From Planctomycetota bacterium (GTDB lineage: Bacteria; Planctomycetota; UBA11346): 64,000 nt of DNA. Position 1 is the first letter of the stretch; each line of letters begins with the position of its first letter. Both the position numbers and the translations under genes were made by a program. Below the pieces are notes generated by a model. The model worked only from the letters and a program-made list of their open reading frames with translations. It was not told the DNA's origin and made no database searches. Location: the NCBI GenBank assembly GCA_038231435.1, contig JBBRLJ010000029.1, positions 10,706 through 74,705 on the forward strand. Reading direction: 5' to 3'. Positions 9,258 through 17,900 of this stretch are shown here, in pieces.

Positions 9258-10723
9258 TGGCCACCTTGCTCAGGCATGGGTACTGGCTCGGGCACGCGGA
9301 TCCGCGCGTCGGCGATATCGATGACGCCGCCAGGCATGACATAGAATGCCACGGCGCCTGGTCGAGGAGCCGCCGCGGCACCCGGGAGGCGCGGCAGTTC
9401 GACGCCACCCGCGGTGCAATGCAGCTCAGCGCCGTGCTGGGTCAGGCTGACGGCTATCCAGTCGCCCACGCCAGCGGGGATCTCGAAGAACCAGTTGTAA
9501 GTGCCGACCTGGAGTTCGGCGTGCTCGACTCTACCGATGCGCAGGCGGCAGGTCAGCTCGAGATCGAGCAGGTCGCGCGTGCCCAGCAAGCGCGCCGCGC
9601 CGGTCTTGGTGCCCACGCCATGGACGACGCCACCATCCTCGCTCCAGGCGCCATGCTGCTGCACCCAGCCCTCGAGCGCGGCGGCTGGAAACAGCGGCAG
9701 CCACGGGCCCATGACCTGGACGGATGCGGGGACACGCATGGCGGACGTGCGTGGAGTGGCGGCGGGAATCGCCGCCGTGGCCACCACTGGATTGCGGATG
9801 GGAGTGGAGATGGGAGTGGAGATGGGAGTAGCGCTGAACGACTCTCCGTTCGCCACCAGCGCGCTCTCGCCGGAGTGGACCGCGATCGTCAGCCCGTCGC
9901 TCGAACGCGTCATGCGCACGTCTCCGTGCTCGAGCTCCAACCGGGTGCGCGGACCGGCCGGGGATAGTGACGTGGACAATGCGAAGCGAGTGCCGATGAC
10001 CTCGATCGAGGCGTTCGTCGTGGTCAGCACGAATGGACGGCCAATGGGCTGTGGGGCGACTTCGGCATGCAGAGTGCCGATGTCGAGCCGCAGGCGTTTG
10101 CCAGCCTGGCCCGGGAGCACGGTCGCGCTCGCGCCGGAGGCCAGTTCCACCTGGCTGCCGTCCGCGTAGCCGATCAGCACGTCGCCGGTGGCGATGACGC
10201 GATCACCCGCGTCGAGCTGAGAGCCCTCCATCGCCGGGACCACAGCCCGGACACTTCCGGTAGGCCGCTCGATGGAGGCGCCGGCGCCGGCTCGCGCGAT
10301 CCGGCACTCGCCGGCACTGGCCACCCTCGCTGGTTCGCGCGCGATGAACCAGACATAACCTCCGATGGCGATCAGCACCGCTGCCGCAGCGGCCACGAGC
10401 GGCAGACGCGATCCTCTCGCCGAACGCGCGGACCGTGGACGCGTGCGCGCCGGCAGCGAGCGCTCGACCGCGCGTACGAACGCCGAGGATTTGCCCTGGG
10501 CGTCAAGGCGTTCGTCGACGCTGCGGGCGAAGTCCTCTCCGCCCGCAGCGTCGAGCGCCTGCCCGAGCAGGCCGGCGAACGACAGCAGTTCGCGGGCGCG
10601 CGCCGAGTCGTCGCCGTCTCCGCGCAGCAGTCGCGCAAGCTCGATCGCGCCAGCGGCATCGAGCGAGCCGTCGAGGTAGGTCTCGATCTGGTGCTCGGTC
10701 GGCGTGATCTGCGCGCTACTCAT
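9254..10723 (-). CDS. FecR-type anti-sigma factor with C-terminal DUF1080/LamG-like module
   Basis: N-terminal anti-sigma helix (IETYLDGSLD), TM segment LPLVAAAAAVLIAIGGYVWF, FecR motifs (LDIGTLHAEVAPQ, FVLTTTNASIEVIGTRF, TRLELEHGDV); directly downstream of an ECF sigma. Confidence 0.85.
   Translation of the reverse strand: MSSAQITPTEHQIETYLDGSLDAAGAIELARLLRGDGDDSARARELLSFAGLLGQALDAAGGEDFARSVDERLDAQGKSSAFVRAVERSLPARTRPRSARSARGSRLPLVAAAAAVLIAIGGYVWFIAREPARVASAGECRIARAGAGASIERPTGSVRAVVPAMEGSQLDAGDRVIATGDVLIGYADGSQVELASGASATVLPGQAGKRLRLDIGTLHAEVAPQPIGRPFVLTTTNASIEVIGTRFALSTSLSPAGPRTRLELEHGDVRMTRSSDGLTIAVHSGESALVANGESFSATPISTPISTPIRNPVVATAAIPAATPRTSAMRVPASVQVMGPWLPLFPAAALEGWVQQHGAWSEDGGVVHGVGTKTGAARLLGTRDLLDLELTCRLRIGRVEHAELQVGTYNWFFEIPAGVGDWIAVSLTQHGAELHCTAGGVELPRLPGAAAAPRPGAVAFYVMPGGVIDIADARIRVPEPVPMPEQGGQ
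9797..9829. repeat. In-frame 12-bp tandem repeat GATGGGAGTGGA x2.75 (TPIS-TPIS-TPI linker)
   Basis: Read directly from the sequence. Confidence 0.9.
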
Positions 10724-10730
10724 GGCGAGG

Positions 10731-11279
10731 TCATGGCGAGGTGCCCAGCCGCGCGGCGACGCACTTCATCAACGCCGCCTTCAGGCGCAGGAGCATCATC
10801 GACACGCCGTTCGGGCTCTTGCCGAGGGCAGTGGCGATCTCCTGCACCGCGACCTCGTCGTGGTAGCGCATGGCGAGCAGCCGTCGCTGGGCGGCATCGA
10901 GGGCGTCGAGGCAGATACGCAGCGCCGTCAGCTTGCGCTCGGCGCCGTCGTCGTCGCTTGCTGCCTCGCGCTCGATCAGCGCTTCGTCCACCAGCGCCAA
11001 TTCGCGCCGCCGCGTCGGCAGGCGGTCGCGCAGGAATCTGTTCACGCGGTTGCGGCAGATGGTGCGCAGCCAAGGCCCGAACTCGCGCTGGGGATCGAAG
11101 CGCGCCAGGCCCTTCCAAGCATCGATGAAGGCTTCCTGGACCACGTCGTGGACGTCGTCGCGACTCGGCAGGGACAGCGCCACCAACGCGCGCAGCCGCG
11201 CCTGGTGCGCCCGCACCAGGCCCGCGAAGGCCTCGCGATCGCCTGCAATCGCCGCTTGGACCATTGACGCCTCGTCCAA
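10731..11279 (-). CDS. ECF RNA polymerase sigma-70 factor
   Basis: GDREAFAGLV, DDVHDVVQEAFIDAW, FGPWLRTICRN (region 2); LLAMRYHDEVAVQEIATALGKSPNGVSMMLLRLK (region 4). Confidence 0.93.
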   Translation of the reverse strand: MDEASMVQAAIAGDREAFAGLVRAHQARLRALVALSLPSRDDVHDVVQEAFIDAWKGLARFDPQREFGPWLRTICRNRVNRFLRDRLPTRRRELALVDEALIEREAASDDDGAERKLTALRICLDALDAAQRRLLAMRYHDEVAVQEIATALGKSPNGVSMMLLRLKAALMKCVAARLGTSP

Positions 11280-11468
11280 TGGAAACCCTCCGCTGGACCA
11301 TATCCGCGATGGGCTTGGATCTCACCGACTTTCCCTGTCCCGTCCTCCGAGCGTGCCCCTCTCGACGCCGTGGCCATGCCTGGCAGCGAAGAGCGAGCGA
11401 GGGACGCCGGATCGGGTCCCGGAGCGTCTAGGGGCTGCGCCACCCGCCATGGCCCTTAGGATACGACG

Positions 11469-13616
11469 ATGCCCCCCTCTCCATCGCCATCGGCTGCCTC
11501 GGTCAACGCTGATCCCCGCCCCCTGCACGGGATCCCCTTCCTGGCCGGCGCCTCGGCGGCCGATCCCACGGGCTGGGGTGACGCCGGCCTGCACATCGCC
11601 GCGTGGAGCGAGGACGGCCCCGACGCGACCCCCTCCAGCGAGTTCTCCACCGAGGCGCGCGTCGCCTGGACCGAGAGCGGCATCGCCGTGCTGGTGCGCA
11701 TGCGCTCCGGGGTGCCGTGGCATGAAGCCGCCGACAAGCACAATGCCTTCGAAGCGGATTCGCTCGAGATCTTCCTGCGCCCCGGTTCCTCCAGCGGCTC
11801 CACCACCTCCGTCGCAGCATCACGGGTCATGGTGCAGGCAGTGATCTCGCCGGGCATGGCCTCTGACCAGGGCGCGGCGCGCTCTGCGGTCTGGGACCAT
11901 CGGCAACCGGCAGCGGACTGGTCGGGTATCCCGACCGCGATCACGGTGACCCGCACGAAGTTCCCGGACGGGTGCGTGATCGCGGCACTCATGCCATTGG
12001 CCCAGGTGCGAGCGACCAGCGGGCGCGGGGTGGTCGTCGAATTCCGCCTTTTGATCAACAAGATTCTGCCGGGGAAAGGCCGCAGGCAGTTCAGCTGGCG
12101 CGCTCCCTCTGGCGATGAATTCCATCGTCTCGAATTCGCCGACCATGCCGGAGCTGCGGTGACCTCCTCAGCCTGGGCCGTCCTCGACGGGTACGATCGC
12201 CTGGCGATCGCCGCGGTAGTTCCGGTCGTGTGGATGGGGCGCAGCGCAATCGTGACGCAGGCCGGAGTGGTCCTCGCCTCCTCTTCCTTCCAGGCGTCGA
12301 CGGGCGATTCACGCACGGCGGTACTTTCCACCCATACGCTGGCCTCGGCGCTGGGGGATGCGAGCCATCCGGTGGAGATCGCGTCCAACGGCGTGCTGCT
12401 GGGCACGAATCGGGTTCAGGATCCGCGCCTGAAGGCGCGGCGCGATCTCGAACGCTCGAGCATGCGCGGCTTCGCCCGCACCGAGCCGGGTGCATTCGAT
12501 CCGCTGACGCGCGTGCGCCCGCGTGTGCCGGTGCTGCTGCGCCGCGGCGCCCTTCCAGCGGCGATCGCTCCTGATGCGGCGATGCTGACGCTGGCCGGAG
12601 CCGGCACGATGCGCACGCGCTGGTTCCAACGTGATGGCACCGAAACGACCGAAGCCATCACCCCTGGCCGCCATGGCGCGGTGATCGCGCTGACCATGGA
12701 CGATGGTAGCGAACTGCGCTTCCATCGCACCGCTGTGCTTCTACCCGAGGGCGCTAAACAGGCATCCGATGCCGTCCTCGAGATCGCCGCGGCTGCGGTC
12801 GGAGACGTCCAGGCCCGATGCTTCCAATCCGCACTGGGAAGAGCGATTGTCGGAGACGCCGCCGTCGACCGCGAATTCGCCTTGCTGGCCGCGGCGGTTG
12901 ACGACGCCCGTCGCGATGGCGGCCCCGTTCGCCCCGATTCCCGCGACCAGGCGTGGTGGCATGCGCAGCGCAGGCGTCTCGGCACCGCCACGCGCTATCC
13001 GCGTTTCCGCCTGTTGCCCGACGGCTACGAAGGCGATCAATCACTGCGCTGGCCCGCGATCATCTATCTGCATGGATCGGGCGGTGAACTGCCGCGCGAC
13101 TATACGCCATTCTCCAAGCGCTCCGCGAGCACGGATCTCATCGCCTGGGCCACCGGCCGCGCCCTGCCCTTCGCGATCTACGCGCTGCAGGCGGATCGTG
13201 CCTGGGAACCATCGGCGGTGCTCGACGCCATCGACGAGATCCTCGCCGAGGACCGCGTCGATCCCGATCGCATCTGCATCATGGGCTTCAGCATGGGCGG
13301 CATGGGCAGCTGGAACTGCGCGGTCGATCATCCAGAACGCTGGTCGTGCGTCGTGCCGCTCGGCGGCCGGGGCGACCGCAGCGACGAGGCCGCGCGAGTG
13401 GTCGGCCTGCCGGTGTGGTCATTCAACGGCGACATCGACACGTCTACCACGCTCGCCGATGCGCGACACATGGTGGATGCGATCCGCGCCGCCGGAGGCG
13501 ACCCACGGTTCACGGTGCTCCAGGGGGTCGACCACGGCGGCACGCAGCACGCCAGCTTCTCGACCTCGGGCCTGTGGGAGTGGATCGCGCAGCAGCGCCG
13601 CGTGGACGCGCACTGA
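11469..13616 (+). CDS. CBM9/DOMON-like N-terminal domain fused to a C-terminal alpha/beta-hydrolase (esterase/peptidase-like)
   Basis: N-terminal EARVAWTESGIAVLV...FEADSLEIFL (CBM9-like pattern); C-terminal IIYLHGSG, DPDRICIMGFSMGG, WSFNGDID, GVDHG. Confidence 0.8.
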   Translation: MPPSPSPSAASVNADPRPLHGIPFLAGASAADPTGWGDAGLHIAAWSEDGPDATPSSEFSTEARVAWTESGIAVLVRMRSGVPWHEAADKHNAFEADSLEIFLRPGSSSGSTTSVAASRVMVQAVISPGMASDQGAARSAVWDHRQPAADWSGIPTAITVTRTKFPDGCVIAALMPLAQVRATSGRGVVVEFRLLINKILPGKGRRQFSWRAPSGDEFHRLEFADHAGAAVTSSAWAVLDGYDRLAIAAVVPVVWMGRSAIVTQAGVVLASSSFQASTGDSRTAVLSTHTLASALGDASHPVEIASNGVLLGTNRVQDPRLKARRDLERSSMRGFARTEPGAFDPLTRVRPRVPVLLRRGALPAAIAPDAAMLTLAGAGTMRTRWFQRDGTETTEAITPGRHGAVIALTMDDGSELRFHRTAVLLPEGAKQASDAVLEIAAAAVGDVQARCFQSALGRAIVGDAAVDREFALLAAAVDDARRDGGPVRPDSRDQAWWHAQRRRLGTATRYPRFRLLPDGYEGDQSLRWPAIIYLHGSGGELPRDYTPFSKRSASTDLIAWATGRALPFAIYALQADRAWEPSAVLDAIDEILAEDRVDPDRICIMGFSMGGMGSWNCAVDHPERWSCVVPLGGRGDRSDEAARVVGLPVWSFNGDIDTSTTLADARHMVDAIRAAGGDPRFTVLQGVDHGGTQHASFSTSGLWEWIAQQRRVDAH

Positions 13617-13690
13617 GGCTGTCCAGATTTCAGGAGTTCCGGGCAGGCTGTAGCCACCGCCGGGATGATCACGAGCACACGGAGTACACG

Positions 13691-15151
13691 ATGCGATCAC
13701 GGCTTCCGACCCGCCTTCACACCTGCATGGTGAGCCTGCTCGCCGCATGCTCCGATGTCGGCGCCGCCGACTGGGCCTACTCCTGGAACCCCGCCCATGG
13801 AGACAAGCCACCGCAAGCAGAGATCTGTCCCTTCAAGTATGGCAAGCAGTGGGCCTACGCGATCGAGATCGACGATGGTCCGAAATGGGCACGCGGCTTC
13901 GCCGTCCCCCTGCTGGCGGGCCATGGCTTCACCGACGCGCCTCCCGGAGTCGCGGGCGGCAAGCGCCTGCCATTCGTCGGCGGCATCGCCGTGATCGTCG
14001 CCTCGACGGGAGCGAACGACGCCACCATCGACTGGAACGATCTCGCCGCGATGAGAACCGCCGGCTGGGGCGTGCTGAACCACAGCCTGACCCACTCTGG
14101 CCGTTCCTGGGGCGACGAAGCCGGACGCCTGTCAGACGCGCAGGTGCGAGAAGACGCCTATTGGAGCCAGGCCCTGCTCGCGCACGGACTCGATGGGCGC
14201 GCGCCGACAGCGGCGGTCTACGCCAACGGCTATACCGACTACAACCGCGGCGGCGCCCTTGCGGCCGTCGGCATCCGCATCGCGACCCGGGTCGGCGGAT
14301 CGAGCCCGAACGACATCGTCGGGCAGCATGCCGGCATCCAGTGGATGGATTACACGCGCAACTATCTGGATGAAGGCACCTGGGTGAACGACGCCCACGG
14401 CGACGCGCTCGCCGGAATCCCCGGCATCGACGGCGCCGGCGGCGAACGCGGGCGCTTCATCATCGACTTCACCCACGACATCGACCGTAGCGACGCGTCG
14501 GCTAATCAGCAGCGCTGGACCAAGCGCCTGTCCACCATCGAGGAGCGTTGGGGCGCCAAGGGAACGGACACCGTGTGGTGCGCGCCGACCGGCGAGATCG
14601 CCGACTATGCGCGCGGCCGCGAGGCCGCGAAGGTCGCGACCGTGCTGTCGGCGGGCAAGCAGACGCTCACGCTGAGCCTGCCGGACGGTGTGCCCGGCAG
14701 CGCCTTCACCGTGCGCATCACCGGGATCGGCCCCACGGCGGAGCTGGCCGCGCCCCGGGGCGGGGCACTCTACCGCGCCGCGGACGGCAGCGTCTACATC
14801 ACCACTCCCGTGGTCGGCCAGCCCGGCTCACCGGCCCCGACTCCGGCGATCTCGTGCCTCTATGACGGCCCGCCCGGGGACATCGATCTCAAGGGCGAGC
14901 ATGCGATCGCGGGCATCATGGTGCACATCGCCGGAGATCTTCCGGAAGGCTTCAGCTACCATCCCGCGCTGAAGACGGCGTCGGGCATGCAGCCGCTCGC
15001 GGAGCCCGCCAAGAAGGCCGGCTGGTTCGTCAGCGGCCAGCTACTGCCCCTGATACCGAATGGAGCAGCGGTCAACGCCACAGGGGTGCACATCGACGCG
15101 CTCACGCCCATCCCCCGCATCATCGTGTGGGGAACCGCCGCCGCGCCCTGA
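13691..15151 (+). CDS. Exported polysaccharide deacetylase (NodB/CE4-like) protein
   Basis: RBS GGAG then ATG 13691; YAIEIDDG, GWGVLNHSLTH (HxxxH), DFTH, VWCAPTGEIADY. Confidence 0.75.
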   Translation: MRSRLPTRLHTCMVSLLAACSDVGAADWAYSWNPAHGDKPPQAEICPFKYGKQWAYAIEIDDGPKWARGFAVPLLAGHGFTDAPPGVAGGKRLPFVGGIAVIVASTGANDATIDWNDLAAMRTAGWGVLNHSLTHSGRSWGDEAGRLSDAQVREDAYWSQALLAHGLDGRAPTAAVYANGYTDYNRGGALAAVGIRIATRVGGSSPNDIVGQHAGIQWMDYTRNYLDEGTWVNDAHGDALAGIPGIDGAGGERGRFIIDFTHDIDRSDASANQQRWTKRLSTIEERWGAKGTDTVWCAPTGEIADYARGREAAKVATVLSAGKQTLTLSLPDGVPGSAFTVRITGIGPTAELAAPRGGALYRAADGSVYITTPVVGQPGSPAPTPAISCLYDGPPGDIDLKGEHAIAGIMVHIAGDLPEGFSYHPALKTASGMQPLAEPAKKAGWFVSGQLLPLIPNGAAVNATGVHIDALTPIPRIIVWGTAAAP

Positions 15152-15171
15152 AGACTGGCGGCGGCGGCGGG

Positions 15172-15972
15172 TCACACCGCGCCCGTGGTCCGCCCGCCGT
15201 TCACCTGCAGCATGGCGCTGGTGATGAAGCGCGCGCGCTCGGATGCATAGAACACCACCGCGTCGGCGATGTCGCTATCGGTGCCGCGGTGTCCCATGGG
15301 CACGCCTCCGACGTAGCCAGCCAAGGCCGCGGCATCGAGTCCGTCCTCGTCCTTGCCGAGGCCGGGCTTGCGGTATTTGGCGCTGATCATCCAACCCGGC
15401 GCGATCTGGTTGACGGTGATGTTGTCCGGAGCCACCTCCCTGGCGAGACAGCGCAGCAGGCGATCCATGCCACCCTTGCCTGAGGAGTACGCCGAACTGC
15501 CGCCACGGCATTCGATCACGCATTCGGTATTGATGCCGATGAAGCGGCCCCACTTCCGGGCGCGCATCGCCGGGGTGAAGACCTTCGCCGCCACCGCCGC
15601 GTGCAGCACGCAGGTACGGAACTGATCGACGAAATGCTCGAGCGGTTGGTCCTGCACGCTCAACCACGGGATCTGGCTGACAGCATTCATGACCACGATG
15701 TCCGGCGCCCTGCCCAATGCCGCGATGCCCGCATCGCGCGCGGCCTCCATGGCTGGCAGGTCGGCGACGTCGCCGGCCACCGCCACCGCGCGCCGCCCGT
15801 GCACCGTACACGCCGCGACCACCGCCGCGCCTTTCGCTGGATCGCTGCGGCAGTGGACGACGACGTCGGCGCCCGCGGCCGCCAACGATTCGGCGATGGT
15901 CCGGCCGAGGTCGCCGCTGGCGCCGGTCACCAGGGCGATTCGCCCTGAGAGCTCTCCGCTGGCCGCGTTCAT
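15172..15972 (-). CDS. Short-chain dehydrogenase/reductase (FabG-like)
   Basis: ALVTGASGDLG, YSSGK (YxxxK), ITVNQIAPG, VNGG; ATG overlaps the TGA of the upstream gene. Confidence 0.92.
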   Translation of the reverse strand: MNAASGELSGRIALVTGASGDLGRTIAESLAAAGADVVVHCRSDPAKGAAVVAACTVHGRRAVAVAGDVADLPAMEAARDAGIAALGRAPDIVVMNAVSQIPWLSVQDQPLEHFVDQFRTCVLHAAVAAKVFTPAMRARKWGRFIGINTECVIECRGGSSAYSSGKGGMDRLLRCLAREVAPDNITVNQIAPGWMISAKYRKPGLGKDEDGLDAAALAGYVGGVPMGHRGTDSDIADAVVFYASERARFITSAMLQVNGGRTTGAV

Positions 15973-16844
15973 GACGCCGCTCCCGCGCACAGCCGCGTGA
16001 CGTCTGACGCGCCGCGCGCGCCATGCCGGTCGAACCAGGCGTGCAGCTCCTGGTTGTTGGGCGTGAGCACGAAGCGGCCCTCGGCGTCGCGCCAGCGCAT
16101 AGGCGTGAGCAGATCGCGCCCGACCGGATCCAGCCTGCGCAGCAGCTCGGGATCCTGCTCGACCCAATCGTCAGGGCGCATCCAGCGGTAGCTGTAGCCG
16201 AAGATCGCGCATTTGCGCACCACCTGGCTGGTGTTGACCGTTGCGGCGTGCCAGGTGCGGTTCTCGAACAGCAACGCATCGCCGGGTCCGAGATCCGGCA
16301 CCACTACGTCCGGCGGATCGCCCTGTGAATCGAACGTCGGCTTGGCGGTCCAGCGGTGGCTGCCGCGCGCCACCAGGGTGACGCCGCTCTGGCGGGTCCG
16401 CGCCTCGCTGAAGTAGTAGGCGATCTTGACCTCGAAGCGGCGGTTGCCGTCGTCGCCGAGATCGCTGGGCACGGTATGGATGTCGCGATGCCAGCCGGGG
16501 GACATGGCCTTGGGATCCGCGCCGGGCCGCTCGGGCTTCTTGTAGATCAGCTGGCTGGTGTGCAGCTGCAGGTTGCGGCTCAGCAGCTGTGCCGCCAACG
16601 GCACGGTCGCGCCATTGGTCAGCAGGCGCTCGAACGGTTCGCCGCCGAAGGCGACCACGTTGCGGAAACCATCATAGGCGTCGCCTGGTTTCGAGCGGTC
16701 GGCTACGCGATCGGAGGCGAACAGACGGTCCGAGGCTTGGACGAGGGCCTCGACCTGGAGCTTGGACAAGGCATCGCGGATGACCAGGAAGCCGTCCTCG
16801 TCGAAGCGCCGGCGTGTCGAGTCGTCGAGAGCGAGGAAGTCCAC
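15969..16844 (-). CDS. Phytanoyl-CoA dioxygenase (PhyH) family Fe(II)/2OG dioxygenase
   Basis: FDEDGFLVIRDAL, WHRD (HxD), GSH, GDALLFENRTWHA, R in VVRK. Confidence 0.9.
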   Translation of the reverse strand: MDFLALDDSTRRRFDEDGFLVIRDALSKLQVEALVQASDRLFASDRVADRSKPGDAYDGFRNVVAFGGEPFERLLTNGATVPLAAQLLSRNLQLHTSQLIYKKPERPGADPKAMSPGWHRDIHTVPSDLGDDGNRRFEVKIAYYFSEARTRQSGVTLVARGSHRWTAKPTFDSQGDPPDVVVPDLGPGDALLFENRTWHAATVNTSQVVRKCAIFGYSYRWMRPDDWVEQDPELLRRLDPVGRDLLTPMRWRDAEGRFVLTPNNQELHAWFDRHGARGASDVTRLCAGAAS

Positions 16845-16975
16845 GGCTGTCTCCTAGGTGCATGTCGAATGACCTGCGTTATGTGCTGAACCATACCGTG
16901 ATACTGTAGACTTCCGCAAGTCTTTCACGCTATCGATCCGGCTTTTCTTGCTGTAGCGCCGCTGTAGGCTGCGCC

Positions 16976-17860
16976 GTGCCCACTGACACCAGCGACGATC
17001 CCTATGCCGAGCCCGAGGCCGCCATCGCATGCTACGAGGGCTGGAGCGGCATGGCCGTGACCGTGCACGACCTCGGCGGCGCGCTCAAGGGCTTTCTCGG
17101 CCCGTCACGCCAATGGCACGCCAGTATCGCGTGTCTCGCGGTCAAGCGCGCAACGAACAATGTACCCTGTGATCGCTGGGATACCAAATCCATGCGCGAG
17201 TCCATCGCCGCGCAGCCGCGCGGGCGTGTGCAGATCTGCCATGCCGGGTTCGTCGAGGTGGTCGTTCCGGTGCTGCGCGCGGGGCGGCTCGAGCTCGTGC
17301 TCTTCGCTGGGCAGCGCAGTGCGGGACGCGGCCTGCGCGCGCTGCGCGATCCGGCATCAACGCCCGCCGGATCGCGTTCTGGACTTCCGACTGGATCGCG
17401 CAGGCCGCGCGAGATCGGCGACGAGGAGGCGGCCATAGCGCTGGAAGGGCTGCGCCAGCTCGGCGCGCGCCTACGCGCCTGGCTCGACGAGACTGTCGAA
17501 GGCGCGTCCGCGGCGCGCGTCCCGGAACCCATCAATCGCCAGCAGGAGATCCTGCGCTTCATCCTCTCCGAACATCATCGTGGGATCGGCCTCATCGATC
17601 TCGCCAACCATCTGCATCTCAGCATCCATCGCGCCGCGCACGTGGTCAGACATGCGTGCGGACGCACCTTCGTCGACCTGCTCACCGAGGCGCGCCTGCG
17701 CTCCGCGTGCGCCATGCTGGCGCATACCGAGCTGCCAGTGCCCGAGGTGGCGTCGCGTTCCGGCTTCGGCGATGCGGACCATTTCCATCGCGTCTTCCGC
17801 AGGCGCATGGGCACCACTCCTGGTCGCTTCCGCAAGGCGCCGGTGGTCCAGCAACCCTGA
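16976..17860 (+). CDS. AraC-family regulator with PocR-type sensor domain
   Basis: C...C...CHAGFVEVVVPV...LFAGQ (PocR-like); HTH EVASRSGFGDADHFHRVFRRRMGTTPGRFR. Confidence 0.9.
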   Translation: MPTDTSDDPYAEPEAAIACYEGWSGMAVTVHDLGGALKGFLGPSRQWHASIACLAVKRATNNVPCDRWDTKSMRESIAAQPRGRVQICHAGFVEVVVPVLRAGRLELVLFAGQRSAGRGLRALRDPASTPAGSRSGLPTGSRRPREIGDEEAAIALEGLRQLGARLRAWLDETVEGASAARVPEPINRQQEILRFILSEHHRGIGLIDLANHLHLSIHRAAHVVRHACGRTFVDLLTEARLRSACAMLAHTELPVPEVASRSGFGDADHFHRVFRRRMGTTPGRFRKAPVVQQP

Positions 17861-17900
17861 GCCGGCGCTCCAGGCCATCGGGATGACCGTGGCCATCGGC

